A stretch of 64,000 nucleotides of DNA from Polyangiaceae bacterium (lineage in GTDB: Bacteria > Myxococcota_A > Polyangia > Polyangiales > Polyangiaceae): positions 1-64,000 of the forward strand of contig JANRKO010000050.1 in NCBI GenBank assembly GCA_033763455.1. The letters run 5' to 3'. Position numbers and translations under genes: made by a program. This document shows, piece by piece, positions 27,950 to 37,506 of the stretch (positions are counted from its first letter, which is position 1; each line of letters begins with the position of its first letter). The notes under the pieces are model-generated. The model worked only from the letters and a program-made list of their open reading frames with translations. It did no database searches and was not told the DNA's origin.

Positions 27950-29071
27950 ATGCTGAGAACGAGCTCGAACGGCCCCGAAAACACCCAGCTAGATGTGGTG
28001 CAGGTTCTGCGCGAGGACGGAACTCTGGATGACGCTCACGATCCGAAGCTGAGCGATGAAGAGGTAGTGTACCTGCATCGCCGCATGGTGACCACGCGGC
28101 TCTTGGATGAACGGCTGGTAGCGTTGCAACGTCAGGGACGCATTGGGTTCCACGTGGGCTCCGTGGGCGAAGAGGCGGCGATCTTGGGGTCGACGTTTGC
28201 CATGGGGGAGCTTGATTGGCTCTTGCCTTGTTATCGTGAATTTGGTGGTGCCTTGATGCGGGGGCTGTCGCTCCAATGTTTTATGGACAACATGTTTGGC
28301 AATCGAAACGACACTGTTCGCGGTCGCCAAATGCCCGATCACTACACCTGCCGCGAGAAGCGTTGGGGCTCCATCAGCTCTCCGGTGGGCACACAGATCA
28401 CCCAAGCGGTAGGCTTGGCGTGGGCAGCCAAATTGCGCAAAGAGGCGTCGTCGGTTTTGGTCTACTTCGGGGACGGCGCCACAAGTTCCTGTGAATTCCA
28501 CAGCGGTCTCAATTTTGCCGGTGTATTTAAGACCCCAACCATCTTCTTCTGCCGCAACAACGGCTGGGCCATCAGCGTTCCCGCCGACCGGCAGACAGCT
28601 TCGCAAACCTTCGCAGAGAAAGCTCATGCGTATGGCCTGCCCGGCGTTCGCGTTGACGGCAATGACGTATTTGCTGTGGTCGCGGTCACGCGGAGGGCGC
28701 GGGAACGAGCCCTCCGCGGAGAGGGTGCCACCTTGATTGAGGCCCTCACCTATCGCATGGGGGGCCACTCAACGAGCGACGATCCAAACCGGTATCGACC
28801 GACGACGGATCTTGAGCCGTGGCAAAAACGCGATCCGATTGAACGTTTGCGCGAATACTTGGTAGGGCGCGGGCTGTGGAGCGAGGCGGACGACGAGGCC
28901 TTGGTGAATCAACTCGACATCGAGTTTCGCCAGGCGGTGCAGGTGGCTGAAGACACCCCACCGCCAGATCTGGCTAGCCTATTCGAGGACGTCTACGCTA
29001 AGCCCCCTTGGCACCTCGTAGAACAGCGCGCGAAGCTCTTGGGAGGTCCACGCGCCCCCTCAGCGCATTGA
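27950..29071 (+). CDS. 2-oxoacid dehydrogenase E1 alpha (branched-chain/pyruvate type)
   Basis: LQRQGRIGF, TPP motif GDGATS...NN, YRMGGHSTSDD. Confidence 0.9.
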   Translation: MLRTSSNGPENTQLDVVQVLREDGTLDDAHDPKLSDEEVVYLHRRMVTTRLLDERLVALQRQGRIGFHVGSVGEEAAILGSTFAMGELDWLLPCYREFGGALMRGLSLQCFMDNMFGNRNDTVRGRQMPDHYTCREKRWGSISSPVGTQITQAVGLAWAAKLRKEASSVLVYFGDGATSSCEFHSGLNFAGVFKTPTIFFCRNNGWAISVPADRQTASQTFAEKAHAYGLPGVRVDGNDVFAVVAVTRRARERALRGEGATLIEALTYRMGGHSTSDDPNRYRPTTDLEPWQKRDPIERLREYLVGRGLWSEADDEALVNQLDIEFRQAVQVAEDTPPPDLASLFEDVYAKPPWHLVEQRAKLLGGPRAPSAH

Positions 29072-29102
29072 CCGATTTTTGAAAGAGTTGAGCGAAGTAA
29101 AA

Positions 29103-30077
29103 ATGCCCCAGATGAACATGGTTCAAGCGATCAACGACGCGTTGCGCATTGCGATGCGCCGGGACGATCGCGTCGTTATTTTGGGCGAAGACGTGGGCAA
29201 AGTCGGCGGTGTGTTTCGAGTAACCGCGGGGCTTTGGGACGAGTTCGGTGAGGAGCGCGTGATCGACACGCCGCTCAGTGAAGGTGGCATCATTGGGACG
29301 GCCGTGGGCATGGCTATGTACGGCATGGTGCCAATCCCCGAGATCCAATTTTCGGACTTCATTTGGCCGGCATACGATCAGATCGTCAATGAGCTCGCCA
29401 AGTACCGGTACCGGTCCGGTGGTGAGTATTCAGCCAGCATGGTGATCCGCACGCCGGTGGGCGGCGGTATCCGCGGAGGCCACTACCATTCGCAGCACCC
29501 CGAAGCGCACTTCATCAACGTGCCTGGGCTCAAGGTCGTGATCCCGTCAAACGCATACGACGCGAAGGGCCTCCTCTTAGCTGCGATTGAAGATCCCGAT
29601 CCTGTCCTATTCTTTGAGCCGAAGCGAGTCTATCGAGCTGCGAAGGGTGAAGTTCCTGAGGGGCACTACAAGGTGCCGCTTGAGTCAGCAGCCATCGCGC
29701 GCGAGGGAGGCCATGTTACGGTGCTTGCGTATGGCGCCATGTTGTACGAGGCCCTCGATGCGGCGGGCAAGGCGGCCGAGCAGGGCGTGGAGTGCGAGGT
29801 GATCGATCTGCGCACCCTTTGGCCGGTGGATATTCAGACGATCCTCGCCAGCATCAAGAAGACTGGGCGGCTAGTGGTTGTGCATGAAGCCCCACAAACG
29901 GGCGGTTTTGGGGCGGAGCTTATCACGCTGGTCTGTGAGCGAGCTTTCTACCACCTGGAAGCACCACCGATTCGGGTGACGGGCTTCGACACACCGTTTC
30001 CGTACACGCTCGAGATGGAGTATATGCCGCTTTCGCATCGTATTTTGCCGGCACTCCTGGAGTCGGCGCGCGCCTGA
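29103..30077 (+). CDS. 2-oxoacid dehydrogenase E1 beta
   Basis: GEDVGKVGGVFR, DTPLSE, GGHYHSQ, EVIDLRTL. Confidence 0.9.
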   Translation: MPQMNMVQAINDALRIAMRRDDRVVILGEDVGKVGGVFRVTAGLWDEFGEERVIDTPLSEGGIIGTAVGMAMYGMVPIPEIQFSDFIWPAYDQIVNELAKYRYRSGGEYSASMVIRTPVGGGIRGGHYHSQHPEAHFINVPGLKVVIPSNAYDAKGLLLAAIEDPDPVLFFEPKRVYRAAKGEVPEGHYKVPLESAAIAREGGHVTVLAYGAMLYEALDAAGKAAEQGVECEVIDLRTLWPVDIQTILASIKKTGRLVVVHEAPQTGGFGAELITLVCERAFYHLEAPPIRVTGFDTPFPYTLEMEYMPLSHRILPALLESARA

Positions 30078-30093
30078 GGAGAAAAGAGAGAAG

Positions 30094-31449
30094 ATGTCAA
30101 AGTTTGAATTCAAGCTGCCGGATATTGGCGAAGGCGTAACCGAAGGCGAAATAGTTAACTGGCTCGCCAAAGTTGGGGACACGCTCGCGGCCGATCAGGA
30201 CATGGTAGAGGTCATGACGGACAAAGCGACCGTTACGATCGGCTCGCCCAAGGCCGGAACGGTCGTGGAGTTGCGAGGGAAGGTGGGCGACGTCATTCCG
30301 GTGGGCAACGTGCTCGTCGTGCTTGAGCTCGGCGAAGGCGTAGCTGCATCCGTCGCACCAGCCGCCGCACCAGGTGTGGCACAACCCCCAGCCGCCGCGC
30401 CTGCCGTGGCACAACCCGCGCCCGGGGCTGCCGCCCCAGTGGCCGATTCGGGGACCACCGCGGTGGGCGACATCCGCGAACAGCTCCCAGGCATGGCAGC
30501 GCAGGCACCGCGTCAAGCTGCGCCCGCTGGGGGTTACTTCAACGATAAACCTCTGGCCGCTCCAGCAACGCGCAAGTTTGCGCGGGAGGCGGGCGTGGAT
30601 ATCCGGCGGGTTGCACCGTCGGGCCCCGCTGGTCGCATAACCCGCGAGGATATTGAGCGATTCGCACAAGGTGCTGCAACGCCCGAGCGCTCTCCCGCGG
30701 CTCCGGCGCACACGCCTGCAGTGGCCGCGCCGGTTGCTTCGGGTGCTGGCGATGAGCGCGTAACCATTCGCGGCGTGCGCAAGCGCATCTACGAAAACAT
30801 GGCGCGCTCCAAGCACACCGCAGCTCACTTCACTTATGTGGACGAGTGTGACGGCACGGCGCTCAAAGGCCTGCGCGAACGGAGCAAGCCCTTCGCCGAA
30901 CGCGCGCAAGTGAAGCTCACCTTCTTGCCCTTTATCGTAAAAGCAGTGGTTTCGGCTCTCAAGCGCCACCCGGAGTTGAATTGCTTGGTGGACGACACAT
31001 CGATGGAGATGGTGTTCAAGCGAACTTACGACATCGGGATCGCTACCTCCACAGACGCTGGTCTTATCGTGCCGGTGTTGAGGAATGCGGATCGCCTGAG
31101 CATCCTTGAGATTGCGAAGGAAATCGACCGGATGGCTCGCAACGCGAAAGATGGCAAGACGCTCAAGGAAGATCTCGGCGGCTCCAGCTTCACGATCACA
31201 TCGTTGGGCAAGCTGGGTGGCCTATTCGCAACCCCCGTGATCAATTATCCCGAGGTCGGGATTTTGGGCATCCACGAGATGAAAAGAAAGCCCGTCGTTC
31301 GGGGTGATGAGATCGTCATCGGCGATGTGATGCTGCTGAGCCTTTCGTTTGACCACCGCATCGTGGACGGTCACGTTGGGGCGGCATTCGCGCAGACCAT
31401 CATCGAGTACCTGCAAGAGCCTGACCGTCTGCTCGTTGAGATGTCGTAG
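30094..31449 (+). CDS. Dihydrolipoamide acyltransferase E2
   Basis: Lipoyl domain EVMTDKAT, Ala/Pro linker, E3-binding domain and catalytic DHRIVDG. Confidence 0.92.
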   Translation: MSKFEFKLPDIGEGVTEGEIVNWLAKVGDTLAADQDMVEVMTDKATVTIGSPKAGTVVELRGKVGDVIPVGNVLVVLELGEGVAASVAPAAAPGVAQPPAAAPAVAQPAPGAAAPVADSGTTAVGDIREQLPGMAAQAPRQAAPAGGYFNDKPLAAPATRKFAREAGVDIRRVAPSGPAGRITREDIERFAQGAATPERSPAAPAHTPAVAAPVASGAGDERVTIRGVRKRIYENMARSKHTAAHFTYVDECDGTALKGLRERSKPFAERAQVKLTFLPFIVKAVVSALKRHPELNCLVDDTSMEMVFKRTYDIGIATSTDAGLIVPVLRNADRLSILEIAKEIDRMARNAKDGKTLKEDLGGSSFTITSLGKLGGLFATPVINYPEVGILGIHEMKRKPVVRGDEIVIGDVMLLSLSFDHRIVDGHVGAAFAQTIIEYLQEPDRLLVEMS

Positions 31450-31843
31450 TAAGAGCTCGCCACGAACTGGAGCATAGGGGCCTACAGTGTAGTATAGGCT
31501 CCTCCCACGCCCTGCAGCGGGGAAGCTGCGCCTCGTTCGTGGGATTTTCTCGGGCGCGATCAACTCTGCTGAGGGGCCGAATTTCAGCACACGGCTCAAG
31601 GGTTATAGCGAGCCTTTATGCTGTCTTTCCGGGCACCTGGGCTCGCGACTACGAGCGTTTGGATGTAGCCTTGTTTTGAGGGCCGTCCTTGAACAGTGCA
31701 ACTACGACAAAGAACCAGGTGTGGACCAATCGGTTTGCCTTGGGGCGTGTCTTAAAGGCCGCTGTGAAGCTGAACGCCCGACATTGGATGCCTTTGGGTG
31801 ATACCTGCCGTCGTGCCCATACGGGTAAGCGAAGTGGGGGCCT

Positions 31844-33298
31844 TTGGTAGCCACTAAGTTTCTGAACGCTGGGGCGCATAGTCGTCAACGCATCGATCGC
31901 TACGAGCTGGTTGGCGAAATTGCGTCCGGCGGGATGGCAACCGTCTATCTAGCGCGCTTGACCGGAGTGGGCGGCTTTCAGCGCTTTGTCGCCATAAAAC
32001 GCCTGCACCCGCACTTGGCAGGCGAGACAGAATTCGTCCAGATGTTCTTGGATGAAGCTCGCCTGGCCGCGGGCATTCATCATCCCAATGTGGTGCCCAT
32101 TCTAGAAGTTGGCGCCAGTGACCTCGGTTACTACCTGGTCATGGAATACATCGAAGGCGACACGCTGGCGCGGCTTCTGGCACGTGCCGCTACTTCATCT
32201 GAGCGCCTGCCAATCCCGGTGGGTTTGAGGATCGTGATTGACATGCTGGCGGGGCTGCATGCGGCGCATGAATTGAAGGACGAAAAGGGTTTGCCCATGC
32301 ACCTCGTCCACCGCGACGTATCACCGCAAAATGTGCTCGTAGGTACGGATGGCATCGCTCGAATTACGGACTTTGGAGTTGCCCGAGCCGCGTTCCGTTT
32401 GAGCGAAACCCGCGTGGGGCAGCTCAAAGGCAAGATCGCTTATATGGCGCCCGAGCAGGCCATGGGGGCCGAGGAGATCGATCGGCGCGCGGACGTGTTC
32501 TCTGCGGGCGTCGTGGTCTGGGAAGTACTTTCGGCGAAACGTTTGTTCAAGGCTGAGAACGACGCTGCAACACTCTCTCGGCTCATCTCAGATCCTATCC
32601 CACCGCTCACGGAGATGTGTCCCGAAGCTGGGGAAAGGCTGAGCGCGGTGGTGGCCCAAGCGCTGGAACGCGACCCGGAGAAGCGTTTCTCAAGCTGTGC
32701 AGAGTTTGCGACAGCGCTCGAGCTGGCGGCGGCATCAGGCCCCGGTGTGGGGCGGTCGCGCGATCTAGCTGCCTATGTCGCCGATACCATCGGCAATGAA
32801 ATCGGGCAGCAAAGGGAGGCTGTTCGCGCGTGGCTCGCTCGTGGCGAAACGGGCGCGGATGGAGAACGCTGGCCATCCGGTATGTCTGGAGGAGCTACCG
32901 GCGTTGATGGGCAGTCAAGCGTTACAACGAACACCGGAACGGCGCCGTCACAGGTAACCATCGTATCGCGCGGAACGTCGACGCCGTTGTTGATCGCCCT
33001 CGGAGCGGTGATCGTCCTTTTGGCGATCATCGCCGCCCTGCTCTTCGAGCGGCGGGATGCGCGCTCCGGCGAGACCCCCAGGGAGGAGGCCCTTGGGCTG
33101 ACGCCCACGGCGCCTGGAACGGAGCCGGCTGAGCGAGAGCTTCGAGTCCCGCCGGTCCAGCCCACCGATGCCCCGGCTGCCCCCGAGCTCAAGCCGAACG
33201 TCCCCGGTAGCGCGCCGACCCATCGAAAAAGGGCGCCTTCTCAACCTAGTGCTAGCCCCGCCCCGCAGGGCTCCGGCCTCCAGAATCCGTTTCGTTAA
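31844..33298 (+). CDS. Membrane-anchored Hanks-type Ser/Thr protein kinase
   Basis: GGMATVY, VAIK, HRDVSPQN, DFG and YMAPE, then one TM helix and a Pro-rich tail. Start codon uncertain. Confidence 0.92.
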   Translation: MVATKFLNAGAHSRQRIDRYELVGEIASGGMATVYLARLTGVGGFQRFVAIKRLHPHLAGETEFVQMFLDEARLAAGIHHPNVVPILEVGASDLGYYLVMEYIEGDTLARLLARAATSSERLPIPVGLRIVIDMLAGLHAAHELKDEKGLPMHLVHRDVSPQNVLVGTDGIARITDFGVARAAFRLSETRVGQLKGKIAYMAPEQAMGAEEIDRRADVFSAGVVVWEVLSAKRLFKAENDAATLSRLISDPIPPLTEMCPEAGERLSAVVAQALERDPEKRFSSCAEFATALELAAASGPGVGRSRDLAAYVADTIGNEIGQQREAVRAWLARGETGADGERWPSGMSGGATGVDGQSSVTTNTGTAPSQVTIVSRGTSTPLLIALGAVIVLLAIIAALLFERRDARSGETPREEALGLTPTAPGTEPAERELRVPPVQPTDAPAAPELKPNVPGSAPTHRKRAPSQPSASPAPQGSGLQNPFR

Positions 33299-33320
33299 GT
33301 TGCCAGGACAGGCGCCCGCG

Positions 33321-33349
33321 TTGACACGTGGGGGCGCGCCTGCTAGTTG
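33321..33349 (+). promoter_or_regulatory. Putative sigma70 promoter of the prs-rplY-pth operon
   Basis: TTGACA-N17-TAGTTG, overlapped by a GC-rich inverted repeat. Confidence 0.45.
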
Positions 33350-33437
33350 TCGCGCCCCCTCGGGCCTTTAGCCCACACTCCTTGAATACTTTCGCGTAGT
33401 TAACCTCATCCCCCCAATTAAAGGGAACCCTCGGCGA

Positions 33438-34385
33438 GTGGCCGTCAAACGTGTTTGTCTCTTCACTGGCAATGCCAACCCTGAGCTGGCTCACGAGATC
33501 GCCGCTGTTCTCGACACGCCGCTAGGGGAGGCGCGCGTTTCGCGCTTCAGTGACGGCGAGACATTCTGCGAAATCAAGGAGAATGTCCGGGGCCTGGAGA
33601 CGTACGTAGTGCAGCCGACGAGCTCGCCTGTGAACGACAACCTAATGGAGTTGTTGATCATGTGCGATGCACTTCGCCGAGCGTCGGCGGGCTCGATTAC
33701 GGCGGTGATCCCGTATTACGGGTACGCGCGGCAGGATCGAAAGATCGCTCCGCGGACTCCGATTACCTCGAAGTTGGTGGCGGATCTGCTTGTCGCCAGC
33801 GGGGTCACCCGTGTCGTGTGCGTGGATCTGCATGCTGGTCAGATCCAAGGGTTCTTCAATATTCCCTTTGATCATCTCTACGCACTGCCCGTTTTTCTCA
33901 ATGATTACCTAAAGTCCCGCTTCACGAGTGACGTGGTTTTCGTGTCGCCTGATGCCGGCGGCGTGGAACGCACCCGAGCCTATTCGAAGCGTTTGGGGGC
34001 TTCTTTGGCCATCATTGATAAGCGTCGCGAGCGCGCCAATGTGAGCGAAGTGATGCACGTGATCGGGGAGGTTCAAGGAAAAGACTGCATTATCGTCGAC
34101 GATATTATCGACACGGCGGGCACGCTGTGTAATGCCGCTCAGGCCGTGATGAAGTTTGGAGCTCGAAGAGTTGTGGCATGTGCCACGCACGGGGTTCTAA
34201 GTGGCCCTGCGGTAGAGCGCATTGAAGCCTCTGCGCTTGAGGAGGTGGTGGTGTCGAATTCGATTCCGCTCTCGGATGAGGCGCGCGCGTCCAAGAAAGT
34301 TAAAATCGTCTCAATTGGTCGGCTACTGGGCGAAGCAATTCGCCGCATTCACAACAGCGATTCAGTAAGTTCACTTTTCGTGTGA
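33438..34385 (+). CDS. prs: Ribose-phosphate pyrophosphokinase
   Basis: [37 protein letters not shown]. Confidence 0.96.
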   Translation: MAVKRVCLFTGNANPELAHEIAAVLDTPLGEARVSRFSDGETFCEIKENVRGLETYVVQPTSSPVNDNLMELLIMCDALRRASAGSITAVIPYYGYARQDRKIAPRTPITSKLVADLLVASGVTRVVCVDLHAGQIQGFFNIPFDHLYALPVFLNDYLKSRFTSDVVFVSPDAGGVERTRAYSKRLGASLAIIDKRRERANVSEVMHVIGEVQGKDCIIVDDIIDTAGTLCNAAQAVMKFGARRVVACATHGVLSGPAVERIEASALEEVVVSNSIPLSDEARASKKVKIVSIGRLLGEAIRRIHNSDSVSSLFV

Positions 34386-34401
34386 ACAGGAGAACCAAGC
34401 A

Positions 34402-35079
34402 ATGGAACCGGTAAAAATTGAAGCAACCATCCGCCCCGGCCGCGGAAAGAACCAAGCCCGCCAGTTGCGCCGTGAGGGCAAGATCCCAGCGGTTGCCTAC
34501 GGCAGCGGGCTTTCCCCGCTTTCGATTGCTATCTCGCCGACGCCCATCGTCGAGTTGTTGCGCGGCAAGTTCGGACGCAACCAACTCATTGAGCTCAACG
34601 TTAGCGGCGAAAAGTCGATCAAGGCCTTGCTTGGCGATTTCCAGTATGATCCGCTAACCCGCAAGCTCAAGCATGCGGATTTTCTGCACGTGTTGATGGA
34701 CCGTCCCATCGAAATCAGTGTGCCCCTTACTCTTACGGGTCGCGCTGCAGGTGTGGTCATGGGCGGAACGCTTCAGCAGATTTTCCGTACTCTGCCGCTC
34801 AGCTGCACCCCAGACAGCATTCCAGTTGGCATCGAATACGACGTTACCTCACTTGAAAAAGGTGGCTTCGTGACCGTGGCGGATTTGAAGCTGCCCGCCG
34901 GCGTTACGGTACGCATGGCTCCCACACAGCGCCTCGCGGTCATTCCAATGAAGGCGAGGGTGGTGGAAGAAACCGAAGAAGGCGCTGAAAAGAAGGCGGA
35001 TCCGAAGGCGGCGGCGGCTGGTGCGAAGCCTGCTGCGGCGGCTGCGAAACCTGCGGCCAAGCCCGCTGCCAAGAAGTAA
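34402..35079 (+). CDS. rplY: 50S ribosomal protein L25/Ctc
   Basis: LRREGKIPAVAYG and HADF, located between prs and pth. Confidence 0.93.
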   Translation: MEPVKIEATIRPGRGKNQARQLRREGKIPAVAYGSGLSPLSIAISPTPIVELLRGKFGRNQLIELNVSGEKSIKALLGDFQYDPLTRKLKHADFLHVLMDRPIEISVPLTLTGRAAGVVMGGTLQQIFRTLPLSCTPDSIPVGIEYDVTSLEKGGFVTVADLKLPAGVTVRMAPTQRLAVIPMKARVVEETEEGAEKKADPKAAAAGAKPAAAAAKPAAKPAAKK

Positions 35080-35103
35080 ACAAGAGCCGATAGACGGGCG
35101 CCT

Positions 35104-35667
35104 GTGTTCTTGGTCGTTGGGCTCGGCAATCCTGGGTCGCGCTACTCAGGGACACGGCATAACATTGGCTTTTTAGCGGTGGAGTTTTTGGCGCGGGGGG
35201 CTGAATGGCGCCAAAAATTCCAGGGCGAAATTGCTCAGATCGAGCTCGGGGGCCAGAAGCTGACGCTGCTGAAGCCGCTCACTTACATGAATGAATCCGG
35301 GCAGAGCGTGGGCCCTGCCGCTAAGTTCTTCAAGGTTGAGCCGCGGGACGTCGTAGTAGTGCACGACGAGCTCGATCTGCCCCTCGGAACAGTGCGTATC
35401 AAGCAGGGGGGAGGGGATGCCGGCCACAATGGCCTGCGCTCGATTCGCGCGCACCTGGGCACGGGCGATTTCATTCGGATCCGACTTGGAATCGGCCGAC
35501 CACCCCCAACGTTTCGGGGTGAAATCGCGGATTATGTGCTACAAGGCTTCCCCCTTGCAGACCAGGGGGCCCGAGACACCATGGCCGAACAAGCAGCTCT
35601 TGCACTTGAGCTCATCGTGGAACGAGGCCTTTCCTCTGCAATGAATACAGTTAATCAACGCAAGTAA
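35104..35667 (+). CDS. pth: Peptidyl-tRNA hydrolase
   Basis: VGLGNPG, TRHNIG, KPLTYMN, HDELD, GHNG. Confidence 0.96.
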   Translation: MFLVVGLGNPGSRYSGTRHNIGFLAVEFLARGAEWRQKFQGEIAQIELGGQKLTLLKPLTYMNESGQSVGPAAKFFKVEPRDVVVVHDELDLPLGTVRIKQGGGDAGHNGLRSIRAHLGTGDFIRIRLGIGRPPPTFRGEIADYVLQGFPLADQGARDTMAEQAALALELIVERGLSSAMNTVNQRK

Positions 35668-35684
35668 CTAGCAACCCCTACCCA

Positions 35685-35730
35685 CTCCTTGCTTCAGCGC
35701 TTTGACACTGAGGCCTTAGGCCAGAAGGAG
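35685..35730 (+). ncRNA. Putative S6:S18 autoregulatory leader
   Basis: CTCCTT can pair with the rpsF SD AAGGAG, enclosing an inner CTTCAG/CTGAGG stem followed by GCC. Lies directly upstream of rpsF. Confidence 0.55.
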
Positions 35731-35735
35731 CCACC

Positions 35736-36263
35736 ATGGCAGCCGAGCAACAAGCTCATACTAGAGAATACGAGACCATTTACATCCTGCGCCCTGACGT
35801 AACCGTCGAAGGCGCGCGCAAAGTCGCAGCTCGCGTGGAAGAAGTGACGCAGCGTGAAAACGGCCGTCTCACACTCGTTGAGAGTTGGGGTCGCCGGACA
35901 CTTTCTTACCCGCTTAAGAAATGTCGTCGCGGTGTGTACGTTTACTTCAAGTACCTGGGTGGAGGCGTCGTTGTCAGCGAGATTGAGCGTAATCTGCGCA
36001 TGCTCGACGAAGTGCTGAAGTACCAGACCGTGCTTGTTCGCCGGGATGTCGAAGTGGAGGCGCTGACGATCTCCGAGGAAGATACCAAGTTCACGGATAT
36101 TGAGCCCTTGCCCGCGGATGAGCCACCCGAGACGCGCGAAGCGATCCTTGGGTTGGAATTCTCGCGAACTGTGCGTCGTGAAGAAGAAGATCGCGGCGGG
36201 GATGATGATGATGATTCAGATAGTCCCTTCGCGGACGTGAAAAAGACGGAGGATGACGAATGA
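35736..36263 (+). CDS. rpsF: 30S ribosomal protein S6 (long acidic tail)
   Basis: [21 protein letters not shown]. Confidence 0.95.
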   Translation: MAAEQQAHTREYETIYILRPDVTVEGARKVAARVEEVTQRENGRLTLVESWGRRTLSYPLKKCRRGVYVYFKYLGGGVVVSEIERNLRMLDEVLKYQTVLVRRDVEVEALTISEEDTKFTDIEPLPADEPPETREAILGLEFSRTVRREEEDRGGDDDDDSDSPFADVKKTEDDE

Positions 36264-36520
36264 CTTTCGACGGACCCGAATCCAGGTTTGACAAGGACTC
36301 TCCCTTCAAGCGCACGTCGCGCCGCCGTGGCTGCGTGTTCTGCGCGGATGATGCCCCCGCCATCGACTACAAAGACACCCAGACGCTGCGCTACTTCATC
36401 ACGGATCGCGGCAAGATCGTGCCGCGCCGAATTTCCAGTACGTGTGCCAAGCACCAGCGTTTTCTCACCGAAGCGATCAAGCGTTCGCGCAACATCGCTC
36501 TCATGCCCTTTACGGCCTAA
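36260..36520 (+). CDS. rpsR: 30S ribosomal protein S18
   Basis: CVFC, IDYKD, GKIVPRR, CAKHQR. Confidence 0.95.
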   Translation: MTFDGPESRFDKDSPFKRTSRRRGCVFCADDAPAIDYKDTQTLRYFITDRGKIVPRRISSTCAKHQRFLTEAIKRSRNIALMPFTA

Positions 36521-36534
36521 TACCGAGGCAAGCT

Positions 36535-36996
36535 ATGGCAACGCATATCAAAGTGGTCTTACAGGACGACGTCCCGAACCTCGGAGCAAGTGGGGACGTA
36601 GTGCGCGTACGTCCCGGTTTTGCGAGGAATTTCTTGATTCCGCGCATCCTGGCCGTTCCGGCAACCGAGAAGAACCTCGCGAAGGTGGAAGAGCTCAAGC
36701 AGAAAGCGGCGCTTCGCGCGCAGGCGAAGCTCACTGAGGCTCAACAAGCGAAAGCCAAGCTTGAGGGCACCAGCGTGAAGATCAGTCGCGCGGTCGGCGA
36801 AGAGAACAAGATGTTCGGTTCAGTCACCGCTCACGACATCGAGAGCGCATTCGCAGAAGTTGGTATTGTGGTGGATCGCAAGAAGATCGTCCTCCCGGAT
36901 CCCATCCGTGAGCTCGGTCTGCGCACGGTTTCTGTGAAGCTTCACTCGGAAGTAACCGCTAACCTGCGCGTTGAAGTGATCAAAGCAGCGCACTGA
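36535..36996 (+). CDS. rplI: 50S ribosomal protein L9
   Basis: VRPGFARNFLIP, KMFGSVT. Confidence 0.95.
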   Translation: MATHIKVVLQDDVPNLGASGDVVRVRPGFARNFLIPRILAVPATEKNLAKVEELKQKAALRAQAKLTEAQQAKAKLEGTSVKISRAVGEENKMFGSVTAHDIESAFAEVGIVVDRKKIVLPDPIRELGLRTVSVKLHSEVTANLRVEVIKAAH

Positions 36997-37221
36997 AGTT
37001 TGCTGATACGCAGGTGCCGCGCCGCTACGTGTTTTACACGAACGTGCGCGGCACAGCTTTGTGTGCTGCCTAGGGTTCTTACGTCGTAGCTTCGTGTGGG
37101 CTGCTGTTAGGGGCCGCAAATCAAAAGCCCTGCCCAACGTGTGATTCAAACTGGCTGGTGTTGGGGGGAAGATCAGGTGCCCCCACTCGCCCGTGCTCGC
37201 GCTGTGCGCTCCGCTCGGGCG

Positions 37222-37460
37222 TTCTCCCCCACGCCTCCGCTAGCGCTTCGCGGGGGAGAGCGGGGGGAGAAGCGCGGGAGAACGGGGGGGAGAAGCGCGG
37301 GAGAGCGAGTGCTGAAGCGCGCCAAGATCTACTTGACGAAGTGGGTGAAGGGCTGGCAGTGTTCGAAGTTCACCCCGGTCCGCTTTTTTGCGAATCGGGG
37401 TTACTGCATTTCGGACCCTGGGGATAAGCCGTGGACTTCATCTTAGAATGTTGGGGAAAA
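37222..37460. repeat. Purine-rich direct/inverted repeats with DnaA-box-like 9-mers upstream of dnaB
   Basis: GGGGGGAGAAGCGCGGGAGA occurs at 37262-37281 and 37285-37304. Inverted TTCTCCCCC at 37222. TGGGGATAA at 37419 and TGGGGAAAA at 37452. Confidence 0.5.
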
Positions 37461-37506
37461 TCCGGAACACACAAGGCCATCGCGGGTTTGCGCTTAACCG
37501 CCTGGT

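Noticed and set aside
30340..30440. Repeated GTGGCACAACCC units in E2
   Set aside because: They encode the ordinary Ala/Pro linker (VAQP x2) of dihydrolipoamide acyltransferases.
31450..31843. Possible ncRNA in the ~390-bp intergenic region
   Set aside because: Only a weak hairpin near 31477-31502, and no recognisable RNA family.
33299..33437. tRNA-Gln often found upstream of prs
   Set aside because: No cloverleaf or TTCG T-loop could be seen.
37222..37310. Possible CRISPR or REP array
   Set aside because: Only two adjacent copies of a low-complexity 20-mer, with no unique spacers and no cas genes.
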